DNA of 40,508 bases from a virus (IMGVR_UViG_3300035494_000155:1-40508); one strand, 5' to 3'. Shown: positions 8,934 to 17,920, counted from the stretch's first letter. Numbers and translations: made by a program. Notes: generated by a model not told the origin, from the letters alone.

Positions 8934-9455
8934 ATGAAGAAGTTAACAAAAACAAAAGTTTGGGGAGAAATCCTTTCAATCATCACAGACACAGTTGAAG
9001 CAAACACAGAAGCTTTTAAAAAAGGTAAAGATGAAGCCTTCCTTGAGGCTTTAACCGATGCACTTGGAGCCAGCTTTAAACCGGCAGGAGGAGGCAAAAC
9101 TTCTACAAAGGTTTTAAGTGATGGTAGAGTATATTGTAACTATTTCGAAGAATACTTGGAGCCAAGTGAGTTTAAAATGAAGTCCTCCAAAAAACTTGAC
9201 GAAAATGGAAACCGTATCAAAACTTACAAGGCAAACTCAATCAGGGCCGAGGAAATCCTCAAAAAGCTTGCAACCCTCAAAGGTACAACTGAGAGCTTAG
9301 CTATGGAGTACTTGAGGGCTGGTAAGATTAATGAGGAGCAATTCAATGGCCTCCTTGACAGCCTTGATGAAGCTATGGAGACAACTTATGAAAGCCTCTC
9401 AGATGTCCCTGCAGTACCTACAATTTTCAAACAAGCAGGAGTTGAGCTTTCTTAA
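8934..9455 (+). CDS. Early hypothetical protein, paralogue of 16672..17106
   Basis: RBS GCTTAAGGAG; shares STKV..G.V.CNYF..Y and RAG.I..E motifs with 16672 product. Confidence 0.85.
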   Translation: MKKLTKTKVWGEILSIITDTVEANTEAFKKGKDEAFLEALTDALGASFKPAGGGKTSTKVLSDGRVYCNYFEEYLEPSEFKMKSSKKLDENGNRIKTYKANSIRAEEILKKLATLKGTTESLAMEYLRAGKINEEQFNGLLDSLDEAMETTYESLSDVPAVPTIFKQAGVELS

Positions 9456-9480
9456 AGCTCGGCTTCTCAGGAGGACTACC

Positions 9481-9573
9481 ATGGTTATGCTTAGAACTAT
9501 TATATCATCGGTTTACTTAGTTGGTATGCTGGCAGCAGCTGCCTTCGCTCACACACTATTAGGAGGATTATAA
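9481..9573 (+). CDS. 30-aa membrane peptide
   Basis: AGGAGG RBS; MVMLRTIISSVYLVGMLAAAAFAHTLLGGL; TAATG coupling to next gene. Confidence 0.65.
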   Translation: MVMLRTIISSVYLVGMLAAAAFAHTLLGGL

Positions 9574-9776
9574 TGAAAACTACATCAGAACTAAAAGACT
9601 ATATTAAAAAGCTTAAAGCAGCTTATGTTAACACAAATAAAGACCTAATGGAAGCTAACCTTATAATCGAAGGCCTTGTCGATGATATTGATGGACTCCA
9701 GCAGAGAATAGCTGCTCTTGAGGAAGAACTTGAAGCCTCCCGCATAAACCTTACAATACTTATTCAGCTCTACTGA
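9573..9776 (+). CDS. Small coiled-coil hypothetical protein
   Basis: AGGAGG RBS, heptad pattern. Confidence 0.75.
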   Translation: MKTTSELKDYIKKLKAAYVNTNKDLMEANLIIEGLVDDIDGLQQRIAALEEELEASRINLTILIQLY

Positions 9777-9949
9777 AAGTGGGCAGTAATCTGCTGCCTG
9801 CTGTAACTCATTTTAAGCCATATATTAGCCTCTTTTAATGTCTACCATTGTAATCCCTTAAACTACTGTAAATTTGCCCTAAAACTACGCTTAAATCTGC
9901 TTAAATCGACACGTTTTTGAACTATCTACTTGGAATTTTAGTATTTATA

Positions 9950-10140
9950 ATATTTTAGTAAAAATAATCTACAAAATCTATCAAAATCTATAAATCTAAT
10001 AATCCAGATAAAAAAAAAAATGAAAGTAAAAATTTGATGAAATACAAAAAAGTGGATTTGGCCGATTTTGCCTGATTTTTAGAGTTTTTTTGGATTTTGG
10101 TGGATTTTGTTCAAACATAAATTTCAAAATTTCACCATAA
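9950..10140. other. Putative replication origin: opposed AATCTA / GATTT repeat arrays around an A-rich core
   Basis: AATC(T/C)A x5 at 9966-10006, A11 at 10010-10020, GATTT x5 at 10055-10107; just upstream of the primase operon. Confidence 0.45.
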
Positions 10141-10201
10141 TTTTATTGACTTTTAAACAAAAACTAAAAGCCAAAACCACAAAACAAAAGAATTTTTCAA
10201 A

Positions 10202-10234
10202 TTAATATAAAATTTATAATTAATTGGATACAAT
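10202..10234 (+). promoter_or_regulatory. Promoter for primase operon
   Basis: TTAATATAAA...TACAAT with the same 27-nt offset. Confidence 0.5.
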
Positions 10235-10258
10235 ACAAAAGCAATAAAAGGAGACCAA

Positions 10259-10690
10259 ATGAAATTAACAAAATACGAACAGCAGGCCCTAAAACCCCTA
10301 CTCAGGACCCTTTACAACGGCCCACTAAACAAAACCCAACTATCAAAAAAATTTTTTCATGCCACGCACCTAGTCCAGCTGAACGACACCGGCCAGCCCG
10401 AGGACCTCCATTATACCGACCCAGAACTATTAGCTAGCTTAGCCATAGCTCAGACCACGCTGGAGTCGATGGACGAAGAAGAACTCATTAGCTATATATC
10501 ATCAGCCAGAAACAAACTGGAAAACAGCCCCCGAACTACCCATATGGCAAACTATCTACCTGAAATAGCTATTTTAGCCTTAGTTAAGTCGGGGATACGC
10601 ATGGGAAGACATCCTAAGGCTGCCTTATATTACCAAGACATTTCGCTCATAGGTGAGCCTACTCAAGCCATCATGGCAGCACTAGCTTAA
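10259..10690 (+). CDS. Hypothetical protein
   Basis: AAGGAG RBS, 143 aa. Confidence 0.8.
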   Translation: MKLTKYEQQALKPLLRTLYNGPLNKTQLSKKFFHATHLVQLNDTGQPEDLHYTDPELLASLAIAQTTLESMDEEELISYISSARNKLENSPRTTHMANYLPEIAILALVKSGIRMGRHPKAALYYQDISLIGEPTQAIMAALA

Positions 10691-10698
10691 GGATTATC

Positions 10699-13074
10699 AT
10701 GGCAAAATATACCAAAATATTTAAAACTATTCCCCTTAAAGGCAAAAGGCTTATAAGGGATGCACAGACACTAAAGAAGCTGGTGGTTATGGCAGACGGT
10801 TCACTCGTATCCGTGGGAGATGTAGTTAAGCAGGCTGGGTGGGATACATCAGAGGTCGAGGCAGATATTCTACTAGCCGATACAGGCAAGAGTGGTATCA
10901 TAGCAATAGATTTTGACGGGCCTGACGGAGAGCACTACTTTCACCATGCCTTATCACTAGATCCCGACTGTAAGTATGTGGCTAGGGGAATAGGTAAGGG
11001 AGGGGGACATCTCATATATAAAGCGGGAAATACAGAGATGCTCGATAAAATTATATCCTCTGACAACGGGTGTAATATTACCTCTATGGACTTGCAACGC
11101 GGTAGAAAGCTGATATTTCTTGCTACTCCTGCTAATGAGACCAAGGAGCTTCTTACGGAGCCGCTACAGAGCTATGATGAGCTTACATATATGCCCGAGA
11201 TTATTCAGCTGTATATTTCAACTATCTACTTACAGCAGGCAGTGGCTACTTCAGAGCCTCACTCGGCAGCTAATGACAGCACACACCGTGACTCTAAGCT
11301 ATATTACATAGTTAAGGACGCCATCGACAATCCCGATAGATATAACCATAGGTTCTTTAATATCGTCACTACGAAGGAATATAAGGATATTCTGAGCAAG
11401 AACCAGAAGCACCTGGATTATCCACTGATACCCGACAATCTTCCTATGGAGGCTTCTGCCCAGATGTATCTTACTAGTATTGCTACTATCTTGGGAAGAG
11501 ACCCTTCTATAGATGCTGATAGCTTCTCTCGGGCGTTGCACTACGTCAATAGCCTCTTCTCGAGCCCGAAGCCAGACTCAGAGGTTAATAGCATAATTAA
11601 GTATATCACTTCGGGAAATAGCAAGATAAACGGGGAGCCTGTATGGCAGTATAACCCTGAGTGGTCGAAGACAGGGCTGGTGTATATAGACCATGATGGA
11701 AGCTCCCACGAGGTGTTTATGTATACTGACAGAGGACAGAACTTTTATCTAGACCATAACCATATAACTAATGATATAGAGACTTATAACTCTGCAGGGG
11801 CTTTGGTAGATAACATAAAAGCTGTATCTAAGGCTGCTATAAATAAGGAGAAGGTGCTCAATAGGGTGCTTAAGGTAAAGATAGTTAATGACCCTATAAG
11901 AAGCTTTGGGATACACCGAAACGAGTACGGCAGTGAGTTCAATATTTACCGCTGGTCGGAAGAACAGGAAATACTTCGTAACCCTGAGCTTCACAAAAAT
12001 AATTATAACTACCCAGAAACTACTCTCAGGTTTCTAGAAAATAGCATGGGCAGGGATAAGCTATACGACTTCTTTCTTCCGTTTATTAAGAGAAAGTTTA
12101 CAACTTATGACTTTAGTCCACTGGTACTGGTATTATACGGGCCTCCCCACTCTGGGAAATCTGCAATACCTGAGGGAATACTCGCACCTCTGACAAACGG
12201 AAGGTATATTAACCTCGGGGCTGAGGTGGCTACTGAGAAGTACAATGACTGGATGCTTAATAAGGACATAGTGTTTATGGATGAGATACATCATAACCGA
12301 CACGACGTGCTGGAAAAGCTCATAAATGTCATAAACCGTTCTCCTAAAAAGCTTACAGGTATACGTGCTATGAACGTATCGGCAAGCTCAGTGGCTTATG
12401 ATAACCGCATAACATATATAGCAGCTTGTAACTCAGTTACACCCCTAGCCACTGAGTCTGGAGATAGACGCCTCGTGATATTAAGAAGTAGGTTACCTGT
12501 GTCGAAGGCATTGGGACTGCCTAATAATGTTATAGAGAAGAACATAGTTAGGGAGGCAAAAGACTTTGCATACTTTCTGGCTACTGAGGTAAAGCCACTT
12601 GAGCACGCATTATATATCCATAATGGTTGGCTAAAAGATGCAGACTATAAGGAATATATGCAAGGTTCCCTTGACTTTAACAAGGCTTTAACAACTGCAA
12701 TAGTTAATGAAGACTGGGTTAACTTTGAGAATACTCTATTAGATAAGCATATTAGTCTAGATGATATTAATAGGTCTACTCATTGGAATAAAGACAAGGG
12801 AGAGATACAAGTGAGGCTGATAAATTCTTCTGAGTCTGAGGCTCACTACCCTGCTCTACTTAACGTTGGTAATGTGGACATGAAGAAGCTAATGAAAGAG
12901 CTAAGGGAGTGCCATAGCCCCAATATAATGATACGTAGGGATGATAGAAAGGATGGTGTTAAAGCTTCTAATAAAAAGACAGTGGCTGTTTTTAGATGGG
13001 ATGACTTGACTGAAGAGTTTAAGGCCCTCTTAGAAAGTGATACAGCTTCTATAGCGCCTATAATGGAGGATTAG
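10699..13074 (+). CDS. Bifunctional primase-polymerase fused to SF3-type helicase
   Basis: IAIDFDG (DxD) and GGGHLIY PrimPol motifs; Walker A GPPHSGKS, Walker B VFMDE, GDRR arginine finger. Confidence 0.9.
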   Translation: MAKYTKIFKTIPLKGKRLIRDAQTLKKLVVMADGSLVSVGDVVKQAGWDTSEVEADILLADTGKSGIIAIDFDGPDGEHYFHHALSLDPDCKYVARGIGKGGGHLIYKAGNTEMLDKIISSDNGCNITSMDLQRGRKLIFLATPANETKELLTEPLQSYDELTYMPEIIQLYISTIYLQQAVATSEPHSAANDSTHRDSKLYYIVKDAIDNPDRYNHRFFNIVTTKEYKDILSKNQKHLDYPLIPDNLPMEASAQMYLTSIATILGRDPSIDADSFSRALHYVNSLFSSPKPDSEVNSIIKYITSGNSKINGEPVWQYNPEWSKTGLVYIDHDGSSHEVFMYTDRGQNFYLDHNHITNDIETYNSAGALVDNIKAVSKAAINKEKVLNRVLKVKIVNDPIRSFGIHRNEYGSEFNIYRWSEEQEILRNPELHKNNYNYPETTLRFLENSMGRDKLYDFFLPFIKRKFTTYDFSPLVLVLYGPPHSGKSAIPEGILAPLTNGRYINLGAEVATEKYNDWMLNKDIVFMDEIHHNRHDVLEKLINVINRSPKKLTGIRAMNVSASSVAYDNRITYIAACNSVTPLATESGDRRLVILRSRLPVSKALGLPNNVIEKNIVREAKDFAYFLATEVKPLEHALYIHNGWLKDADYKEYMQGSLDFNKALTTAIVNEDWVNFENTLLDKHISLDDINRSTHWNKDKGEIQVRLINSSESEAHYPALLNVGNVDMKKLMKELRECHSPNIMIRRDDRKDGVKASNKKTVAVFRWDDLTEEFKALLESDTASIAPIMED

Positions 13075-13086
13075 GCTTTTTAAATT

Positions 13087-13119
13087 TTAATAAAATTTTT
13101 ATTTAACTTCTGATATAAT
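13087..13119 (+). promoter_or_regulatory. Extended -10 promoter
   Basis: TTAATAAAATTTTTATTT...TGaTATAAT. Confidence 0.75.
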
Positions 13120-13153
13120 ATTACTATAACAAATAAATGCTTAAGGAGCAAAA

Positions 13154-13651
13154 ATGAATATTTTCGTACTAGACAAAGACCCTTTTATGGCGGCACAAGC
13201 CCACTATGATAAACACGTAGTGAAGATGCTACTTGAGTCTGCACAGATGCTATGCACAGTTGCTAACAGCCTCGGCTTTAAGACACCTTATAAGCCTACT
13301 CACAGAAACCATCCATGCACCAAGTGGGTGGGAGAAAGCAAACAAAACTTTGATTGGTTACTTGACCTAGCTATATTTTTAAATGCAGAATGGAAATTGA
13401 GATATAATCACCCTAAAGACAAAAACCATAAGTCTATGCAGGTTTTATTCTATGGGTTTGGCTGGGATAAGGTTAGGAAAAAGCTACCTGATATTGGGCT
13501 TACTCCTTTTGCACAGGCCATGCCAGAGGAGTTTCAAGGACCTGATGCAGTTGAAGCCTATCGTAAGTATTACATGAAAGACAAAGCTCACTTAAAAGCT
13601 TACACTAACAGAGAAGAACCTGAATGGATGAAGGAGCAAACAAATGTTTAA
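13154..13651 (+). CDS. Pyrimidine-dimer DNA glycosylase / DenV-family-like protein
   Basis: MNIFVLD..DKHVVKMLLESAQML, HPCTKW, PFAQAMP, AVEAYRKYY motifs. Confidence 0.8.
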   Translation: MNIFVLDKDPFMAAQAHYDKHVVKMLLESAQMLCTVANSLGFKTPYKPTHRNHPCTKWVGESKQNFDWLLDLAIFLNAEWKLRYNHPKDKNHKSMQVLFYGFGWDKVRKKLPDIGLTPFAQAMPEEFQGPDAVEAYRKYYMKDKAHLKAYTNREEPEWMKEQTNV

Positions 13652-13835
13652 AGTACCTGATACTCTTGTAGAGAAAGAGTTTGAAGCTATGGTAGCTAAA
13701 ATTGAAGGGCTTGGATTTAAAGTTACTTATAATGAAGATGACTTATGGGAAGAGGCTCTTATCAAAGCCACTGACAGATACGTAGATATGTGCGAGATGA
13801 AAATTGAAGAAGCCAAAATGGAGAAGGTGAAATGA
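13644..13835 (+). CDS. Hypothetical protein
   Basis: AAGGAG RBS, overlaps both neighbours. Confidence 0.75.
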   Translation: MFKVPDTLVEKEFEAMVAKIEGLGFKVTYNEDDLWEEALIKATDRYVDMCEMKIEEAKMEKVK

Positions 13836-14050
13836 ATAAGTTAGATACGCTATTAAAGGCCATTAACCTAGCCCACTATGACAATCTCAAAACAGTTGAG
13901 GTAAGCCTCGAAGATTTAGTCCTGCTTAGAAGTACTATACTTGAGCTTCAAGACCAAGCCAAGAGATTAAAAGAAGTTGAGCAAACTACTAGAATTAAAC
14001 TTGCTCTAGAACAACTAGATAAGCCAGTGAAGCTATCTATTTATGCTTAA
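13832..14050 (+). CDS. Hypothetical protein
   Basis: ATGA coupling to upstream gene. Confidence 0.75.
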   Translation: MNKLDTLLKAINLAHYDNLKTVEVSLEDLVLLRSTILELQDQAKRLKEVEQTTRIKLALEQLDKPVKLSIYA

Positions 14051-14061
14051 GGAGATATAAG

Positions 14062-14385
14062 ATGAAAGAATTACCAAAAGAACTAACTACTGAATTGATG
14101 AATTTAGTAATAGGCGAAACGACAAAAGGTGATTTTGAAATATCAAACAATAAACTATACAGCAGGGGTAGTTATGTTGAAAATCTAGACACTCTAACTA
14201 GATTAATGAAGGAATGGTGTTTCAATGAGGGGCTTATGTTTGATATTAGATGGCATACAAATCGTAACCCTAAGCGGATTTCCGCTATGACTTACGGAAA
14301 AGGTAGTACCTTTTTTACTGGTAATACTGAGTTTGAAACTGTATTAAGTATGACCTCATGGCTAGCTAAAGATAAAGGAGAATAA
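14062..14385 (+). CDS. Hypothetical protein
   Basis: TGCTTAAGGAG RBS, 107 aa. Confidence 0.8.
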   Translation: MKELPKELTTELMNLVIGETTKGDFEISNNKLYSRGSYVENLDTLTRLMKEWCFNEGLMFDIRWHTNRNPKRISAMTYGKGSTFFTGNTEFETVLSMTSWLAKDKGE

Positions 14386-14548
14386 GATGAGTCAAGAATT
14401 TAAAGTATGGGATGAGTAAATGAAGCATGAGCTAAACAACTTAAGAGAGTTGAAGAGAAAGATAAAGAGATGGTGGAGATTTTAGATGCGTGTCAATGGA
14501 TTTTAGAAATGACTAACGTATGCTATACGAACAATTAAAGGAGAGAAA
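14386..14548 (+). pseudogene. Remnants of deleted small genes
   Basis: RBS + MSQEFKVWDE* (YopX-like start), then out-of-frame fragments (..EILDACQWILEM..; ..YEQLKERK*). Confidence 0.35.
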
Positions 14549-15103
14549 ATGAAAGTTAAGTTACTACATACAAACGGATTAGAGTTTAGCGATAGTGCTA
14601 TTGGATTATGCTACGACAAAGGTTGTTATACTGATGAAGAGAAGCGTGATAATAGAATTAAGAAAGTTGCTTTAAAGCATAAACACAGCTCAACTATTGA
14701 GTTTACCAACTTCATCTTTGAGATTGAAGCAAGCACAAAAGTTCTATTAGAGATGACCAGACACAGAATTGCTAACTATGCCTGCAAGTCCAGTAGATAT
14801 ACTCTAAATAAAGGTGAGATAGTATTTGAGGAAACGGGAAATAGCGTTATAGATGGTTTATTAGAAGACTGGAGAAGGAATATTGAAGCTTGTGTAAAAG
14901 CAGGATACTCTAATGAGCATACAAGCTTAATGCTACCACAAGCCTATCAGTATAGATGGCAAGTACAATTCAACGCTAGGAGTCTTATGAACTTCCTAGA
15001 ACTAAGAAGAGCTCCATCTGCCCATTATCATATTAGAGAGGTTGCAGAAGCTATGTATAGCTGTGTCCCAGATGATATGAAATATTTATTTAACGAAGAG
15101 TAA
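14549..15103 (+). CDS. thyX: FAD-dependent thymidylate synthase
   Basis: HSSTIEF, RHR-x7-S motif (RHRIANYACKSSRY), NARSLMNFLELR..AHYHIR. Confidence 0.95.
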   Translation: MKVKLLHTNGLEFSDSAIGLCYDKGCYTDEEKRDNRIKKVALKHKHSSTIEFTNFIFEIEASTKVLLEMTRHRIANYACKSSRYTLNKGEIVFEETGNSVIDGLLEDWRRNIEACVKAGYSNEHTSLMLPQAYQYRWQVQFNARSLMNFLELRRAPSAHYHIREVAEAMYSCVPDDMKYLFNEE

Positions 15104-15106
15104 GTT

Positions 15107-15190
15107 ATGGGATGCTTATTTCCATTCTTAATTGCTTTATTAGCGGTATTCATAAGCCCTTGGTTCTTACTAGGATTTATATTTTGCTAA
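15107..15190 (+). CDS. 27-aa hydrophobic peptide
   Basis: MGCLFPFLIALLAVFISPWFLLGFIFC fills the gap between thyX and the helicase. Confidence 0.5.
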   Translation: MGCLFPFLIALLAVFISPWFLLGFIFC

Positions 15191-15199
15191 GGAGAGAAA

Positions 15200-16537
15200 A
15201 TGATAAAAGATTTTCTTGCTCAAAACGATGAGCTAGAGGCTTTCTTAACAGGGCCTGCAGGCTCTGGAAAAACTACCCAGCTAATCGAATATGTTGAAGA
15301 ACTAAACAAACTTAACGTGATTTATAAGGTAGTTGCTTATACCCATAAGGCAAAGGGCGTACTTCAAGAAAAGCTTCCAGAAGGTACTGACATTGCCACT
15401 TTACATAGCTGGCTTAAGAAAAGACCAGGTATAAATGAGAAAGCCAAGCACTTAAAAGCATTACTGACTACCGCCCAGAGAGGTAAGCCAGAAATGATTG
15501 AGCTACTAATAGTTGATGAGTTTTCTTTCATAGGAGAGAAAGACTATTTTAGCATAGGGGAGCTACAAGACCTTCTAAATCTAACCCATAGCTTTTGTAC
15601 AGTCTGTAATAGTTCTGATATTACTGATGATGGGCTGACTTGTATTAGCTGCATGGAAGCTGATGGTACTTCAGGCAATATAGAAGAATTTACACTAAAT
15701 CCATTGAAGGTACTATATGTAGGAGATTTAAATCAGCTTCCTCCTATTGATGGTCCTTCTGCGGTAGAACCTCACGGACCTTTCTGGACAAAGCTTACAA
15801 AGATACATAGGACTGCTTCTCCAGGGCTAATGAGACCATTACAAAAACTAGTAGACATTATAGAAGGAGGCATTCCCATGTCTTATCTAGAACCTACTAA
15901 TGATTTTATTAGAGGAGTAGATATAGATAAAGCCTATGCAAATGACAGTAAGTCTAAGATAATGTTAGCTTTTACAAATAAGGCAGTGGAGGACCATAAC
16001 TCGGCTATACAAGGAAGAAAAGAACCTGAGGTAGGAGATTGGGTTTATATACCTACCTTTGCCAAATCTGGGTTTGATAAAATGCAAATAAAAGCCGTTT
16101 ATAGCCAGTATAATGGCAGTATAAACACAGTCAATGGTATTATAAATGAAGCTACAAAATTTAATCCCGTGGGCTTTTTAAATGGCTTAAATTATATAAA
16201 ATTTTATCATTTTACTAATGGAATGACAGTGGCTGGAATTTTTGGGAGCTATCAAAATAAACTAATTAGAGATAGATTGGGAAGACAGTTGGTAGAAGCT
16301 AATAAGCAAGGGAAAAACTCCAAGGCATATTATAGAGAGTATAAGACTATTTCTGATTTCGTAGTTACTATGGATTTTACCCACTGTATGACTATTCATA
16401 AATCACAGGGCTCAGAATACGAAAACGTATACGTGGATAGTAAAGATTTAGGAAAGTGCCTTAGTTCTAGTGATAGAGTAAAGCTACTTTATGTTGCGAT
16501 ATCTCGTGCTAGGTCCCAAGTGTTTTTAAATAATTGA
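15200..16537 (+). CDS. Dda/RecD-like SF1B DNA helicase
   Basis: GPAGSGKT, VDEFS, GDLNQLPP, TIHKSQGSEY, YVAISRAR. Confidence 0.92.
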   Translation: MIKDFLAQNDELEAFLTGPAGSGKTTQLIEYVEELNKLNVIYKVVAYTHKAKGVLQEKLPEGTDIATLHSWLKKRPGINEKAKHLKALLTTAQRGKPEMIELLIVDEFSFIGEKDYFSIGELQDLLNLTHSFCTVCNSSDITDDGLTCISCMEADGTSGNIEEFTLNPLKVLYVGDLNQLPPIDGPSAVEPHGPFWTKLTKIHRTASPGLMRPLQKLVDIIEGGIPMSYLEPTNDFIRGVDIDKAYANDSKSKIMLAFTNKAVEDHNSAIQGRKEPEVGDWVYIPTFAKSGFDKMQIKAVYSQYNGSINTVNGIINEATKFNPVGFLNGLNYIKFYHFTNGMTVAGIFGSYQNKLIRDRLGRQLVEANKQGKNSKAYYREYKTISDFVVTMDFTHCMTIHKSQGSEYENVYVDSKDLGKCLSSSDRVKLLYVAISRARSQVFLNN

Positions 16538-16562
16538 AGTGATATTAAGTAGATATTAAAAT

Positions 16563-16595
16563 TTAATAAACTTTTAATATTGCTTCTTGTATAAT
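16563..16595 (+). promoter_or_regulatory. Promoter
   Basis: TTAATAAACTTTT...TATAAT, 27-nt offset. Confidence 0.7.
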
Positions 16596-16671
16596 TGTAC
16601 TATCAAATTTAAAACATTGTTTTAAATTTATAAATTCAACTCGGGTACGGATTACCCAAAAAGGATATAAA

Positions 16672-17106
16672 ATGGCAAAGGTTTCTTTAAAAGAAAGAAA
16701 AGAAAAATTAGGTTTGATTTTGGCAGGTTTTGTTGAAGCAGGAGTACTTACTGAGGCTCAATCAGCAGAAATCTCTGGCGTTTTCGGTTCTCAAGCCGTT
16801 TCTACAAAAGTAAATGAGGAAGGTCTTGTTTTTTGTAACTACTTCGGTAAGTATATGCCGGCAGAAGCTTTCCACACTTCTACAAAAGGTAAAATTGACT
16901 CTATGTCTATCGAAGGTAAGAAGTTGCACCGTACTCAAAAATCTATGGTAAACAAAGCAAACAACGAAGTGCTCAAACAATACCGTGCTGGAGAAATTAC
17001 TGCAGAAGAGATGGATACTTTACTTAAAGCTATCGAGAAAAATGCAGGCCATAAGTTCCCAGAAGGTACTGCTGCGATCAATGCCGATTATCCTTTCGAG
17101 GTATAA
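16672..17106 (+). CDS. Hypothetical protein, paralogue of 8934..9455
   Basis: AAGGA RBS; STKVNEEGLVFCNYFGKY, YRAGEITAEEM. Confidence 0.85.
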   Translation: MAKVSLKERKEKLGLILAGFVEAGVLTEAQSAEISGVFGSQAVSTKVNEEGLVFCNYFGKYMPAEAFHTSTKGKIDSMSIEGKKLHRTQKSMVNKANNEVLKQYRAGEITAEEMDTLLKAIEKNAGHKFPEGTAAINADYPFEV

Positions 17107-17112
17107 TCTAAT

Positions 17113-17139
17113 CTAGGCTTCGGCCTAGTAGATTTATTT
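17113..17139 (+). terminator. UUCG-capped hairpin, putative intrinsic terminator
   Basis: CTAGGC-TTCG-GCCTAG followed by TAGATTTATTT. Confidence 0.55.
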
Positions 17140-17212
17140 GAGGTCCTTGGTTAGTTCGCCTCCTTAAGCAACCAACTTCATTCCTGACCAAGGACCTCTA
17201 ATAAGTCTACTA
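17126..17212 (+). ncRNA. Long RNA hairpin (29-bp stem) with anti-Shine-Dalgarno loop; putative sRNA or RNase III site
   Basis: 17126-17154 pairs with 17184-17212 (26 Watson-Crick, 2 G-U, 1 mismatch); loop contains CTCCTTAAGCA. Confidence 0.6.
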
Positions 17213-17263
17213 AATATTCTTTATTAGACTGACCAAAACATTTCTAACACATGGAGAACACAG

Positions 17264-17920
17264 ATGGCAAAAGGTACTAAAGTTAAAACGAAAAAAGGAA
17301 ACCTAAAATGGGTTTTCATTAAAGGTGAGGGACGTAACCAAGCTCGCCCTAATCAACCTGAAAAGATGATGTTCGTAGCATCTCTTGTTGTACCCAAAGA
17401 TGGTGCGGTTCACAAAGACATTAAACGTCAGATTGACGAAGAGTGGGCTGCTTACAAAGCTCAGCATGGTGTAAAGGGTTTACCAGCTTCTAATGGTATT
17501 AAAGATGAGATGATACAAGACCCTAAAGGTGAGATTGACCCAACTACAGAGGAAGTTAAAAAAGTTCCAACTGGTAACGTAATTATCACGTTTAAAACTA
17601 AAACAACTTGGCCTGACGGGAAGCCTCACGAAATTAAGGTATTTGATGGAACTGGTAAAGATATTACCAAAGCCGTTCATGCAGCTCCTTGGTCTATTGG
17701 TGAAGGCTCAACCGGTGTTTTACACGGTGTAGCTGCTGGTAATGATACTGGGGGAAACCACAAGGTGACTTTATACCTTTCTGCTGTTCAGCTTGCAAAA
17801 TTAGTTAAGTATGAAGGTACTGCTATTGATGCTGATGTTCTTGATGACGCAGAAGATATAGATTTAGGTGATGCTGTTGCTGCTATCGATGAGGCAGAGT
17901 CTGCTACACCCGATCTGTAA
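17264..17920 (+). CDS. ssb: Single-stranded DNA-binding protein (T7 gp2.5-like)
   Basis: IGEGSTG..VTLYLSAVQLAKLVKYEG, acidic C-terminal tail, upstream of polymerase. Confidence 0.85.
   Translation: MAKGTKVKTKKGNLKWVFIKGEGRNQARPNQPEKMMFVASLVVPKDGAVHKDIKRQIDEEWAAYKAQHGVKGLPASNGIKDEMIQDPKGEIDPTTEEVKKVPTGNVIITFKTKTTWPDGKPHEIKVFDGTGKDITKAVHAAPWSIGEGSTGVLHGVAAGNDTGGNHKVTLYLSAVQLAKLVKYEGTAIDADVLDDAEDIDLGDAVAAIDEAESATPDL

Noticed and set aside
9331-9480. 5' extension of ORF 9331..9573
   Set aside because: Overlaps gene 8934..9455; the AGGAGG RBS points to ATG 9481.
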